In this document: positions 38,842-49,352 of the stretch, in pieces
Layout: the number at the start of each line of letters is the position of its first letter
Position numbering within the stretch: position 1 is the first letter of the stretch
Origin: a bacterium
GTDB taxonomy: Bacteria > Zhuqueibacterota > Zhuqueibacteria > Residuimicrobiales > Krinioviventaceae
Direction: 5' to 3'
NCBI GenBank assembly: GCA_963693055.1
Contig: OY843751.1
Location: 3,040,001 to 3,104,000 of the forward strand
Length of the DNA: 64,000 nt
Notes under the pieces: model-generated
The model's database searches: none
What the model saw: only the letters and a program-made list of their open reading frames with translations
Told to the model about the DNA's origin: nothing
Translations under genes and position numbers: made by a program

Positions 38842-40137
38842 TTATTGAATACCCACCCGTTTAAAGATAAAATCAACCTGATTCAATGCATTTTTCGCAT
38901 CAAAACAGTCATTTATCTGTTTAGTAGAGATTATTTTTAAAACACGTTCATCTTTTAAAAGCATTTCTTTGAAATTTAACTCTTCTTGCCAACATTTCAT
39001 AGCATTTTCTTGAACAATTTTATAAGCTTCTTCACGTGCAATACCGCCCTCTGTCAGCGCTAATAACACTGCTTGAGAAAAAATTAATCCCTTTGTAAGG
39101 TTTAAATTTGCTTTCATTTTATCCGGATAAACAACCAGATTATCTAACACTCGTGTTAATCTGGCTAAAGCATAATCAGTAATGATACAGCTGTCTGGGA
39201 AAATAACCCGTTCAACTGAAGAATGGCTAATATCCCTTTCATGCCATAGTGCAATATCTTCAAAAGCTGAGATAGAATAAGATCGAAGTAAACGTGCTGC
39301 CCCTGTCAAATTCTCAGAAGCAATGGGATTTCTTTTATGTGGCATTGCAGAGGATCCTTTTTGTCCTTTAGTAAAAGGTTCTTCTGCCTCAAGCACCTCG
39401 GTACGCTGTAAATGACGTATTTCTACAGCTATCTTTTCTATGGCACAGCCAATAAATGTGAGAGCATTAATAAATTCTGCATGAACATCTCGTTGAATCA
39501 CCTGAGTTGAAACACTTGCAGGCTCTAATTCAAGCAATTCACAAACACGTTCTTCAACTTTGGGGTCAATAAATGTAAAATTGCCAACAGCTCCGGAAAT
39601 CATCCCTACTGCAGCGGCTTTTTCAGCTTGCTTAAAGCGACGATAATTACGCTGCATTTCATCATACCACAATGCGAACTTTAAGCCAAATGATGTTGTT
39701 TCAGCATGAATACCATGACTTCTACCTACACAAGGTGTATTTTTGTGTTCAAGCGCTCGCCTTTTTAATACTTCGAGTATATTTTGAATATCCTGATCAA
39801 TAATTTTTGCTGCTTGTTTAATCTGCAACGCCAGTGCTGTATCTAACAAATCAGAAGATGTCATGCCTAAATGAATAAATCGTGAATTGGGCCCAACATA
39901 CTCTCCTACGTTGGTAAGAAATGCTATAACATCGTGCTTGACACTAGCTTCAATTTCAAGGATACGATCAACATTAAAAGAAGCTTTATCTCGAATTTCC
40001 TGGGTTATACCTTTGGGAATTCGTCCCAATTCTTCCTGTGCCTGACAAGCAGCTATCTCTACTTGTAGCCAGGTGTCAAATTTATTTTGGTCAGTCCAAA
40101 TAGAACCCATTTCTGGGCGTGTATACCTATCTATCAT
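38842..40137 (-). CDS. purB: Adenylosuccinate lyase
   Basis: HDVIAF, GRSHGIHAE, GSSAMPHKRNP, WHERDISHSSVER. Confidence 0.95.
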   Translation of the reverse strand: MIDRYTRPEMGSIWTDQNKFDTWLQVEIAACQAQEELGRIPKGITQEIRDKASFNVDRILEIEASVKHDVIAFLTNVGEYVGPNSRFIHLGMTSSDLLDTALALQIKQAAKIIDQDIQNILEVLKRRALEHKNTPCVGRSHGIHAETTSFGLKFALWYDEMQRNYRRFKQAEKAAAVGMISGAVGNFTFIDPKVEERVCELLELEPASVSTQVIQRDVHAEFINALTFIGCAIEKIAVEIRHLQRTEVLEAEEPFTKGQKGSSAMPHKRNPIASENLTGAARLLRSYSISAFEDIALWHERDISHSSVERVIFPDSCIITDYALARLTRVLDNLVVYPDKMKANLNLTKGLIFSQAVLLALTEGGIAREEAYKIVQENAMKCWQEELNFKEMLLKDERVLKIISTKQINDCFDAKNALNQVDFIFKRVGIQ

Positions 40138-41339
40138 TTATTCCGCCTGTCTTTTGGAAAAGGTGCCAGTTTTACTTTAACATTAAAATATTCTCTATCA
40201 CGATAGATCTCAATATCCAGAGTATCTCCTGCTTTAAGATCTAAATTATCAATTATTGTACGAATATCGTCCGCCTGTTTAACAGCATTTGAATTGATTG
40301 ATAAAATCACATCACCAATTTGCAAGCCAGCTATTTCAGCAGGACTTTCTTTTTCAATATCGGAGATAATTGCGCCAACCGTTTTTTTCATCTTTAAATA
40401 ACGCGCAATGGTAGGCGTAACTGCATCATATTGGATACCTGTCCAATAGGTTCTGTCAACATGGCCAAAATTAATCAAGTCATTCATGATGCGCTTTACA
40501 CGGTTGATGGGAATTGCAAAACCCAGGCCGATATTAGCAGAACGGGTTTCACTTCCTGAAATGATCCACGCATTGATACCAATTACTTCACCGTTACAGT
40601 TCACCAAAGGCCCGCCGCTGTTACCGCCATTTATTGCAGCATCGGTTTGCAGCATATCTTCAAAAACACGGTCATTTTGACGGCCAAAATCCTGATCTTT
40701 CGCACTGATTACACCCACAGTAACAGTTGGCTTGGAAGAGATGTCAAATAAGCCAAAAGGATTTCCAAGGGCGATTGCCCATTCACCTATAATTACATCG
40801 TCAGAATTGCCCAAAGTGGCAAAAGGGAATGACTTGCCTTTTATCTTTAATATAGCAATATCAGAAACATAATCATCACCAACCAACTCGGCTTTGAGCT
40901 GTTCACCGCCAACAAGGGTTACAATTATTTCTGCAGCATTATCAACAACATGCTGGTTGGTTAATACATAACCTTCGGATGAAATGATAACACCAGACCC
41001 TAAACTTTGTACTTTTCTTTCTCTGGTTGGTAAATCCTGAAAAAAATGTCTAAAGAAAGGATCATTGAAAAATGGATTATTGGTATAATAGCGCTGTACC
41101 TGTGTCACATTGATTCCAACAACAGCAGGACTCACTCGCTCAACTGAACGGGTTATTGCATTATGACGTGAACTTGATACATTGTCATAACTGTGGTTGC
41201 CTGAATCATAAGGAGGTGTAGATACAGCATTAAAATTAAAATCTGAAGCGTAAACTATATTATCAGTAATTAGAATAATTACTGATAATATAGCCAAAAA
41301 AATCAAACATTCAGATTTTTTAACAAACAATTTAATCAT
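40134..41339 (-). CDS. htrA: HtrA/DegP-family serine protease with one PDZ domain
   Basis: TNQHVV, DIAIL, QTDAAINGGNSGGPL triad; start reassigned to ATG 41339. Confidence 0.9.
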   Translation of the reverse strand: MIKLFVKKSECLIFLAILSVIILITDNIVYASDFNFNAVSTPPYDSGNHSYDNVSSSRHNAITRSVERVSPAVVGINVTQVQRYYTNNPFFNDPFFRHFFQDLPTRERKVQSLGSGVIISSEGYVLTNQHVVDNAAEIIVTLVGGEQLKAELVGDDYVSDIAILKIKGKSFPFATLGNSDDVIIGEWAIALGNPFGLFDISSKPTVTVGVISAKDQDFGRQNDRVFEDMLQTDAAINGGNSGGPLVNCNGEVIGINAWIISGSETRSANIGLGFAIPINRVKRIMNDLINFGHVDRTYWTGIQYDAVTPTIARYLKMKKTVGAIISDIEKESPAEIAGLQIGDVILSINSNAVKQADDIRTIIDNLDLKAGDTLDIEIYRDREYFNVKVKLAPFPKDRRNK

Positions 41340-41365
41340 TCTATTCTTGAACATGGCCCAACATA

Positions 41366-42013
41366 CTAACGGTTTTGTACAGTTTCCCAATCTTTTAAAA
41401 AGCTTTCTATGCCCTTGTCTGTCAAAGGGTGTTTGATCAATTTTTCTACAATAGAAAATGGTATAGTAGCGATGTGCGCACCAATCAAAGCGGCCTCTTG
41501 AACATGCAAAGTACTGCGAATGCTTGCTACAATGATTTCGGTAGTAAAACCATAGTTTTCATAAATTTGCAAAATTTGTTCAATTAAATCCATTCCTACA
41601 TGACCTGCATCATCTAAACGGCCAACAAAAGGACAAATAAAAGAAGCACCAGCTTTTGCAGCAAGCAATGCCTGCATGGGACTAAAGATCAATGTAACTA
41701 GTGTTCTAATTCCTTCTTTTTCAAGAGCGTTCACTGCCATTAATCCATCTTGAGTTGCAGGAATTTTAATGACAATATTATCGTGAATCTTGGCCAGATT
41801 CAGGCTTTCGGCAATAATTTCATCAGCATCAAGACTCACCGCTTCTACGCAAACCGGGCCATCTACAATCTCGCATATGGATTTATAAATTTCTTCAGGA
41901 GAACCATTTTCTTTTGCCAATAAAGTAGGATTGGTAGTAACACCGTCAATCACTCCAAGTGCTGCTGCCTTTTCAATTTCTTCAACATTGGCTGTATCAA
42001 TAAAAAACTTCAT
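41366..42013 (-). CDS. Transaldolase / fructose-6-phosphate aldolase family (small type)
   Basis: [19 protein letters not shown] Schiff-base Lys, [15 protein letters not shown]; start at ATG 42013. Confidence 0.9.
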   Translation of the reverse strand: MKFFIDTANVEEIEKAAALGVIDGVTTNPTLLAKENGSPEEIYKSICEIVDGPVCVEAVSLDADEIIAESLNLAKIHDNIVIKIPATQDGLMAVNALEKEGIRTLVTLIFSPMQALLAAKAGASFICPFVGRLDDAGHVGMDLIEQILQIYENYGFTTEIIVASIRSTLHVQEAALIGAHIATIPFSIVEKLIKHPLTDKGIESFLKDWETVQNR

Positions 42014-42761
42014 TTTCAGACTCCATATATTTTTCGTATCCAATTTTAACCAAAAACAATCCTTGTGGGGGTGCGGTTTGACCAGCAGCACATCTGTCCT
42101 TGGCTTTTAAAATATCTAACAAATCATCATGATTCAGTGAGCCATTCCCAATATTCACCAAAGTACCTACTAAAATCCTTACCATATTATGAAGAAAACG
42201 ATTTGCTATAATATCAAAATAGGTCCTGTCTCCCTGTTCATGCCAGAGAACCTTGTGAACATCGCAGTTATAATGCTTAACATCAGAACCTGCCTGACAA
42301 AAAGATTCAAAATCATGCATTCCCAATAAAAGTGAACTTGCTTCCTGCATCTTGAGAATGTCAATATCATCCTTTAAATACCAGGCATACTGTCTGCCAA
42401 TTGCCAAAGGTCTATTAATAATATGATAACGATAAGACCGATAATATGCACTGTACCTTGAATTAAAATCCTCATCTACTTCAGAAGAATTTAAAATCCT
42501 GATATCGCGTGGTAATAATGGATTCAATCCTACAGTAAAGACATGAATGGGTAAATTTGAATCCGTTTTAAAGTTGACAACCTGGCCCAATGCATGAACA
42601 CCAGCATCAGTACGGCCTGCACTGGTAACTCGGATAAAAGTTCTTGTCAATTTTTCCAATGCAGCTTCTATTTCACCTTGAACAGTTCGCACATCATTTT
42701 GGACTTGCCATCCGCTAAAATCAGTACCGTCATATTCAACTATTAATTTAATATTGCGCAT
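41997..42761 (-). CDS. truA: tRNA pseudouridine(38-40) synthase
   Basis: [31 protein letters not shown]. Confidence 0.95.
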   Translation of the reverse strand: MRNIKLIVEYDGTDFSGWQVQNDVRTVQGEIEAALEKLTRTFIRVTSAGRTDAGVHALGQVVNFKTDSNLPIHVFTVGLNPLLPRDIRILNSSEVDEDFNSRYSAYYRSYRYHIINRPLAIGRQYAWYLKDDIDILKMQEASSLLLGMHDFESFCQAGSDVKHYNCDVHKVLWHEQGDRTYFDIIANRFLHNMVRILVGTLVNIGNGSLNHDDLLDILKAKDRCAAGQTAPPQGLFLVKIGYEKYMESENEVFY

Positions 42762-42779
42762 ATCAGCTGTTATAACAGT

Positions 42780-43580
42780 TTATAATGCAATAATACAAAA
42801 TGTAAAAAGAACAAGACATGCTGATAATGTAATATAATCAGCATATTTAAAAGATAATACCGTATAGCTTGAACGGGAATCACCACCATGGTAACATCTT
42901 GAATCCATAGCCAAAGCGAGATCATCCGCACGTCGAAAAGCAGAAATAAAAAGGGGTATTATCAAGGGAACTATATTTTTTGCTCTATCCATAATACTGC
43001 CTTCATATGATGCCCCGCGAGACATTTGGGCATTTTTCAATCGCTGCGTTTCTTCAATCAGTGTTGGAATAAAACGCAAAGATAATGTTAACATCATAAC
43101 AATCTCATGTGAAGGCAATCCAATTTTTTTCAAAGGTCTAAATAATTTATCCAAAGCATCAGTCAACTCGATCGGCAAAGTAGACAAAGTCAATAATGCT
43201 GCTAATACAATCAAGACTGCCAGTCGGATAGAATATTGCAAGCCCAGCATAAAACCTTCATAGGTTAAAGATAAATGCAGACTTTTCAATTCAAATAATG
43301 GCTTTCCGGGGGTCCAAAATAGATGAACAATCATTGTAAGAATAAAAAGCCAAAAAAATGGTTTCAAATTTTTAAAAACCAGAGAAAATGGAATTTTGGA
43401 AAAAACTGTTATTACAACAAGTAACAAAATAAAAAAAAGAATAATCCATAAATTTTTTGAAACCAGTAATGCCGTCATCAGTAATAATACCGAAAGCAAT
43501 TTGGTTCTTGGGTCCAATTGATGAACAAAAGAATCACCGGGAAAATATTGCCCCAATGTTATATCTGAAACAAATGCCAT
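42780..43580 (-). CDS. ecfT: ECF transporter transmembrane T component
   Basis: LGQYFPGDS..H.LDPRTK, LRFIP, AQMSRG, AMDSRCY. Confidence 0.9.
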   Translation of the reverse strand: MAFVSDITLGQYFPGDSFVHQLDPRTKLLSVLLLMTALLVSKNLWIILFFILLLVVITVFSKIPFSLVFKNLKPFFWLFILTMIVHLFWTPGKPLFELKSLHLSLTYEGFMLGLQYSIRLAVLIVLAALLTLSTLPIELTDALDKLFRPLKKIGLPSHEIVMMLTLSLRFIPTLIEETQRLKNAQMSRGASYEGSIMDRAKNIVPLIIPLFISAFRRADDLALAMDSRCYHGGDSRSSYTVLSFKYADYITLSACLVLFTFCIIAL

Positions 43581-43794
43581 AATTCTATCCTAAATAAGTA
43601 AAAATATAACAAAATTTAAAATAAAAACAAACAAAATAGTCATTGCTTATGTAATGCATTATTAACATTTTACAACCCAAAAACACATAAAAATGATTGT
43701 TTTACTTGCTATTAAAAAATAATTTTTCAATATTATCAAATCTTGTTATTTTGAATTTTCCCCGTCAAGAAAACATTCACTACTGGAGGATTTC

Positions 43795-45822
43795 ATGGCA
43801 AATCAGTCTGAAAAGGGTTCAGGTACAAATTTTCAACCGTACGTACCCATTCAAACCGAAATGAAAGAGTTTACTTTCAAGGCAATATTTCTTGGAATGT
43901 TAATGGCTATTATTCTGGGTGCCGCTAATGTTTACCTTGGGTTAAAAGCCGGCATGACAGTAGCCGCTACTTTTCCGGCAGCAGTTATCGCTATGGCGAT
44001 ATTGCGTCCCTTTAAAGGAAACATTCTTGAAGAGAACCTGGCCCGTACTACCGGTGCTGTTGGTGAAGCTCTTGCAGCGGGTGCTATTTTCACCATACCG
44101 GCATTTGTAATGGCCGGTGTTTGGCAAGATTTTGATTATTTCAAAAGTACCATGCTCATGCTGGTTGGTGGCATCCTGGGTGTTCTCTTTATTATTATCC
44201 TTCGCCGAACTCTGGTTGAAGATCAAACACTCCCCTATCCTGAAAGTAAAGCTTGTGCAGAAATTGTCAAGGCAGGTCAAGGCGGACAATCAGGTGCTAA
44301 ATTTGTATTCCTGCCAATGGGACTGGCTGCATTAATTGAATTTTTGAAAAACGATAACGGTTTAAAGATCATCAAAGATTCCGTAACAGGCTTTTTTCAA
44401 TTTCATTCTTCCAAGATCTCCCTTTTAGATGGAAACAGTAATATTTATGAAATTGTATCGCAAGCTGGTGATAAATTAAAAGCACAATTTTCTTTTACTG
44501 GTGGCATGTTTTTACAAAGCCCCTCTGCTTCTCCGGCGTTTGTTGGCGTTGGTTACATTATTGGATTCAGATTGGCAGCTATTACCTTTTCGGGTGGTGT
44601 TTTTGGCTGGTTATTTCTAATGCCAATTGTACTATTCCTGACCAGTGGATCCATTGAACCTTTTGCACAATCCGTTGACTGGACTACCATGGCACGGGCT
44701 GCTTACAATTCTACAGTTAAACCCATTGCAGTGGGCGGTATGCTGGTTGGTGCTTTTTATACATTATTTAAAATGAGAAACAGTTTGTTCTCCGGCATTT
44801 CTCGTGGTATTCAAGATATTAAAAAAGCGGGTAGTGGAGAATCTAGCTCTGTTCGCACAGACAAGGATGCTCCTTTTGGTATGACAATAATATCAATTAT
44901 TATACTCGTAGTTTGCATGATCATTTTGTACCAAACATTCAGTCACAATTGGGGTTCTGCAATCCTGGCAGCTGTCGTGATGGCACTTGCAGGATTTATT
45001 TTTGCCGCTGTTGCCGGGTATCTGGTAGGAATTATCGGTAGCTCATCTAATCCTATTTCCGGCCTTACATTATCCACACTTTTAATTGCAGCATTATTAA
45101 TGGTTATGGTTGGTATGAAAGGAAATCCCGGTGTTGCTGCTGTTCTTGCTGTATCTTCAGTTGTTTGCTGTGTTGCCGGTGTTGCAGGAGATATGATGCA
45201 GGATCTCAAAGTTGGTCATATATTGGGTGGTACGCCATGGAAAATGCAGGTTGGCGAAATGATGGGCGTTGTTGCAGCATCATTTGTACTGGTTGTACCT
45301 ATCATGCTTTTACATCATGCGTATGGACTGGGTAGCGAGTCTTTACCCGCCCCTCAGGCAGGACTAATGGCAATGATGAGTAAAGGTATTGTTAGTGGAG
45401 AAATGGCATGGCCGCTGGTTATTGCCGGTATGTTATTCTCTATTGCTCTTATTCTCATTGGCTCCCCTTCTCCCATGCTCATTGCAGTTGGAATGTATTT
45501 ACCTTTAACAACCACATTTGCTATTTTTATTGGCGGTTTGATCAAACACGCTGTTGACGTACTAGCTGCTAAAAAAGCAAAATCGGAAGAAGATAAAAAT
45601 TTAGTAGAAAATACGGGGTTGTTGCTAGCCTCGGGACTTGTTGCCGGAGAAGCTTTAACCGGCATTATTCTGGCCGCACTTGTAGTGGCAGAAATTAATA
45701 TTAAATCTTTCTTTGGCATTCCTGAATCATTTGATGGATTCTGGTGGATGGGTTTGGTAGTATTTGCCGTACTGGCATTCGTTCTTATAAAATATCCCAT
45801 ACAAAAACTGAAAAAATCATAA
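43795..45822 (+). CDS. OPT family oligopeptide transporter
   Basis: ANVYLGLKAG, ILEENL, LPYPE, GSSSNPISG, MQDLKVG, APQAGLM. Confidence 0.9.
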   Translation: MANQSEKGSGTNFQPYVPIQTEMKEFTFKAIFLGMLMAIILGAANVYLGLKAGMTVAATFPAAVIAMAILRPFKGNILEENLARTTGAVGEALAAGAIFTIPAFVMAGVWQDFDYFKSTMLMLVGGILGVLFIIILRRTLVEDQTLPYPESKACAEIVKAGQGGQSGAKFVFLPMGLAALIEFLKNDNGLKIIKDSVTGFFQFHSSKISLLDGNSNIYEIVSQAGDKLKAQFSFTGGMFLQSPSASPAFVGVGYIIGFRLAAITFSGGVFGWLFLMPIVLFLTSGSIEPFAQSVDWTTMARAAYNSTVKPIAVGGMLVGAFYTLFKMRNSLFSGISRGIQDIKKAGSGESSSVRTDKDAPFGMTIISIIILVVCMIILYQTFSHNWGSAILAAVVMALAGFIFAAVAGYLVGIIGSSSNPISGLTLSTLLIAALLMVMVGMKGNPGVAAVLAVSSVVCCVAGVAGDMMQDLKVGHILGGTPWKMQVGEMMGVVAASFVLVVPIMLLHHAYGLGSESLPAPQAGLMAMMSKGIVSGEMAWPLVIAGMLFSIALILIGSPSPMLIAVGMYLPLTTTFAIFIGGLIKHAVDVLAAKKAKSEEDKNLVENTGLLLASGLVAGEALTGIILAALVVAEINIKSFFGIPESFDGFWWMGLVVFAVLAFVLIKYPIQKLKKS

Positions 45823-45835
45823 ACCGGAATATCTA

Positions 45836-46210
45836 TTGAATTTATTAACATATACAGCTACACACAATGTTGAATGGACAGAAAATGATTCCGGGCAGGT
45901 TGTTTTAACCTGCCCCAGAATCATTAATCCATTCATGAAAAAAATATTCAAACCGTTTATAAAAAAACAGTATTACAAAGTTACGCTTGATGACTTTGGC
46001 AGCTTTGTCTGGAAACATATTGACAATACCAGAACAATAAAAATGATTGCTGATCTTTTATATAATGAATTTGGTGAATCTATTCAACCAGTTTATGAAA
46101 GATTGGGGATATTTATAAACACGTTGGGAAAACACAACTTTATCATACTACACTCTGGTATTGATGAAACGGTTAAAGATTCGCAGGAAAAACATGAAAA
46201 AAATGGTTGA
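45836..46210 (+). CDS. PqqD family / RiPP-recognition-element-like protein
   Basis: LDDFGSFVWKHID..RTI..I...L...FG....PVYERL..FI..L..HNFI winged-helix pattern. Confidence 0.75.
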   Translation: MNLLTYTATHNVEWTENDSGQVVLTCPRIINPFMKKIFKPFIKKQYYKVTLDDFGSFVWKHIDNTRTIKMIADLLYNEFGESIQPVYERLGIFINTLGKHNFIILHSGIDETVKDSQEKHEKNG

Positions 46211-47141
46211 AACAGCACAATCACTATTAAAGAATTGTTTGGAAATAAAAAAAGATGAAAGTATTCTAATTTTATACCATTCTCCCTACCAGGATATTGC
46301 TGCTTTTTTACATCAAGAATGCTCCAAAAAGATATTTAATACTTTTAAGCTTGAAATACCTGACAAATTTTATAAAGACAACTTTACAAATATTTCAAAA
46401 TTCCTTGGTGAAATGGATGCAATTATTGCCTTAACTGATCCATCAATTTCATTTTGGGATAGTAAAATTCAGGCAAATCAGAATGGCACACGAATAATAT
46501 GTTTACCCAATATTACCGATTCATCGTTTGCCAAATTGGGTAAAACAAATTTTAAACGTATTCACTATCTCAGCAAAAAAATCAGCGATATTCTTTCCAT
46601 CTCTAAAGTAGTCTCTTTAACTTGTCCTAACGGTACAAATCTTTCTATACCCATAACCACTCATGAAGGTTTTGCAGAAACCGGACTAGTAAATGCAAAA
46701 GGAACATTCTCCAACCTGCCTGCCGGTGAAGCATCTATTGTTCCTGAAACCTGTGATGGAGAATTTGTTGTAGATAATTGTTCTGAAATGAGCAAGGATG
46801 ATCCGGATAAATTGGTAGTGCACATTAAAGATGGACGCGCTGTCCGGATTTCAGGAGGTACTTCTGCTAAACGTTTACGCCAAAAACTGGCCAAAATGGG
46901 TCCGGATAGCAGGAATATTATAGAATTTGGTATTGGTACAAATGAATCATTAAAAAACAGTGGTAATCCGCTGGAAGATCAAAAAGTCCTTGGCAATATC
47001 CACATCACATTAGGATACTATCCAACACAGAGTTCTAAAATGAACCAAATATATCCAATACACCTGGTAGCATATAAATCAACTGTTGAATTAAGGGGTA
47101 AAAAGATTATAGACAAAGGTAAATTGATGCTGGATGTTTAA
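46194..47141 (+). CDS. M29 (aminopeptidase T)-like protein with altered metal ligands
   Basis: NLPAGE, EFGIGTN, LEDQKVLGNIHITLG, PIHLV. Confidence 0.75.
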   Translation: MKKMVETAQSLLKNCLEIKKDESILILYHSPYQDIAAFLHQECSKKIFNTFKLEIPDKFYKDNFTNISKFLGEMDAIIALTDPSISFWDSKIQANQNGTRIICLPNITDSSFAKLGKTNFKRIHYLSKKISDILSISKVVSLTCPNGTNLSIPITTHEGFAETGLVNAKGTFSNLPAGEASIVPETCDGEFVVDNCSEMSKDDPDKLVVHIKDGRAVRISGGTSAKRLRQKLAKMGPDSRNIIEFGIGTNESLKNSGNPLEDQKVLGNIHITLGYYPTQSSKMNQIYPIHLVAYKSTVELRGKKIIDKGKLMLDV

Positions 47142-47785
47142 TTGCTTACAAGACTATCCAGCTTTTCATTTTTTCGATTTAAAATACGTGACATCCTTTT
47201 GCTGCTATTATAAACTGCATATACATCCATCTTTTGTTGTTCAGTAAGGTTCCCCATCTCATTATCAAATAATTGTTTACAAAGGCTAGCAATTGTCGAA
47301 GTGGCCAGAGACAAATCATCCATCCATTCAGTTTCATGCTCAGCAGAAGTGGGATGAGATTTTCCATTGCGTGGTGGTGGTTGCATCTTGTTGGATTCCA
47401 ATTTAGATAACCGCACAACATTATCCACAACATTTACCAGTTCTCTATGACCAAAAGGTTTATTTAAAAAAGCTCTCATACCCATGCGATAACATTCCAT
47501 TAAATTGTCTACTTCATCTGCCTTGGCAGTTAATACAACAATAGGAATATTTCTTATGGATTCATATTGAGGTTGAGTATGTAATTTTTGAATAAACTGT
47601 TTACCGGTTATATCAGGCAAAATGAAATCAAGTACTATAACATCTGGTTTGTGGAATTTAGCGGACTCTAACCCCTCGTGACCATTTCGAGCAGTGTAAA
47701 AATCATATCCTGCCCGTCCAAAGATACGCTTTCCAATTAAAAGCATATCAACATTATCATCAACTAACAAAAGCTTATATTTCAT
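47138..47785 (-). CDS. Response regulator: REC domain plus degenerate HisKA-like C-terminus
   Basis: LLVDD, PDVIVLD, LTA, KPF; the tail resembles a DHp helix hairpin without its His. Confidence 0.8.
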   Translation of the reverse strand: MKYKLLLVDDNVDMLLIGKRIFGRAGYDFYTARNGHEGLESAKFHKPDVIVLDFILPDITGKQFIQKLHTQPQYESIRNIPIVVLTAKADEVDNLMECYRMGMRAFLNKPFGHRELVNVVDNVVRLSKLESNKMQPPPRNGKSHPTSAEHETEWMDDLSLATSTIASLCKQLFDNEMGNLTEQQKMDVYAVYNSSKRMSRILNRKNEKLDSLVSN

Positions 47786-47889
47786 AGTGCTTGCACCTTC
47801 ATTAACCCACAATCCCATCATTCACAATTATAAATATAAGAAAATATTTATTCAATACAATAAAAAATTTACTTTAAAGATAAAAAAAA

Positions 47890-49344
47890 TCAGGACTCCA
47901 TGAGAGGAAATGTTAGAGTAAAAGTAGATCCTTTCCCCACACCGCTTGTCACATTTATTTGCCCATCATGTATTTCGACTAATTGCTTCACCAGTGACAA
48001 TCCCAAACCAGAGCCCCGTATGTCTCTGGTTTTCTCATTTTCTGAAACCCGGTAAAACTTTTTAAATATATTTTGCAAATCATTCTCAGGAATACCAAAG
48101 CCTTCATCACTGACTTTAAAAAATACATTTCCATTTTCATGTTCCAGCGCCAAAGAAACGCGTGTATTATCCGGACTGTATTTGATAGCATTGGAAAATA
48201 AATTGAGTATAATCTGCTCCATCATACCATTATCTGCCCAAATAAACACAGGTGTTTCGGGCTCGTCAACCTGAACAGTAATTTGTTTTTGAGTGGCCAG
48301 AAAAGAATTATTGCCAACAACAATTTGTATTGTTTCAAGCAGATCAACTTTAGATTTCTGAGGTTGAATTCTTCCGGATTCTATTCTTGAAATATCTAAA
48401 AATTTATTAATCAATTCACCTAATCGGCTTGATTCTTTCATAATGATGGAAGCAAACTCACTTGCCTGCTCTCTATCCAGATCAGGGTCTAACAACAACT
48501 CACTGAATCCGGAAATACTGGTTAATGGAGAACGGAGTTCGTGCGCTACCATTGAAACCAGCTCTGTTTTCATCCTATCAATTTCTTTTTGCTGGGTAAT
48601 ATCACGTAATATGGTAGCAATACCAATAAGACCTTCGGTTTGATGTAATACCCGTGCTGCATTTGCCTGCAAAATTAATGGCTGCCAATTACCTTTTTGT
48701 TTGATTTCAATGTCTACAGAGGGTAATTCAAGCTTGTCGTGATGGGTTGCTTCCTGTATAAGATGCTGCAATTTGGGTTCATCGATGCATTCCATCAACG
48801 TTTTTTCCAGTGCTTGTCCTTCATCCAGACCAAACCATCGCTCCGCAGTTGAATTTACAACAAGTATTTTGTAATTGGGGTCAGTTACAATTACACCATC
48901 CGCAATGTTTTTAATAATGGTTTGGGTTTTATTGCGCTCTGCAATTATCTGGGCAAGATTCATCTCATTTAATCGACGAATCTCAGTAGTCATGTAATTG
49001 AATAATTTAGCCAATCTGCCGAGTTCATCATCAGATTGCAATTCAATTTTATGCGAAAACTTGCCTCTGGCAATTTCAGTTGCACTTTTGGTAAATTCAG
49101 CTATGGGTGTTGTTATGTATCGCGAAATATAAAAGGCAACTACCCCGGAAATCGATAAAACGATAAACAATATTCCAACAATTATCGAAACAATAGATAA
49201 TACAGAATATTTTGAAAATAATAATCCATTAAAAATTGCATATACAGCAAATAAAACAATTGGAATAATTGTGGCAATTACAATAGCTATAAATAATTTC
49301 TTAAACAGTTTGCTATTTAGCTGCTGATTAAGCCAGTTTGTCAT
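47890..49344 (-). CDS. Sensor histidine kinase (2TM-HAMP-PAS-HisKA-HATPase)
   Basis: DELGRLA..FN.M, IADGVIV PAS, AHELRSPL, NAIKYS, DEGFGI, GSGLGL. Confidence 0.95.
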   Translation of the reverse strand: MTNWLNQQLNSKLFKKLFIAIVIATIIPIVLFAVYAIFNGLLFSKYSVLSIVSIIVGILFIVLSISGVVAFYISRYITTPIAEFTKSATEIARGKFSHKIELQSDDELGRLAKLFNYMTTEIRRLNEMNLAQIIAERNKTQTIIKNIADGVIVTDPNYKILVVNSTAERWFGLDEGQALEKTLMECIDEPKLQHLIQEATHHDKLELPSVDIEIKQKGNWQPLILQANAARVLHQTEGLIGIATILRDITQQKEIDRMKTELVSMVAHELRSPLTSISGFSELLLDPDLDREQASEFASIIMKESSRLGELINKFLDISRIESGRIQPQKSKVDLLETIQIVVGNNSFLATQKQITVQVDEPETPVFIWADNGMMEQIILNLFSNAIKYSPDNTRVSLALEHENGNVFFKVSDEGFGIPENDLQNIFKKFYRVSENEKTRDIRGSGLGLSLVKQLVEIHDGQINVTSGVGKGSTFTLTFPLMES

Positions 49345-49352
49345 ATATTAGA

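Noticed and set aside
42014-42091. Long apparent overlap of the transaldolase with truA
   Set aside because: The true start is ATG 42013 (MKFFIDTAN), leaving an ordinary 17-nt overlap
45354-45851. 165-aa minus-strand ORF
   Set aside because: Antisense shadow of the OPT transporter
45836-46210. RiPP/PQQ biosynthetic cluster implied by the PqqD domain
   Set aside because: No precursor peptide, radical SAM, YcaO or pqqB/C/E genes nearby
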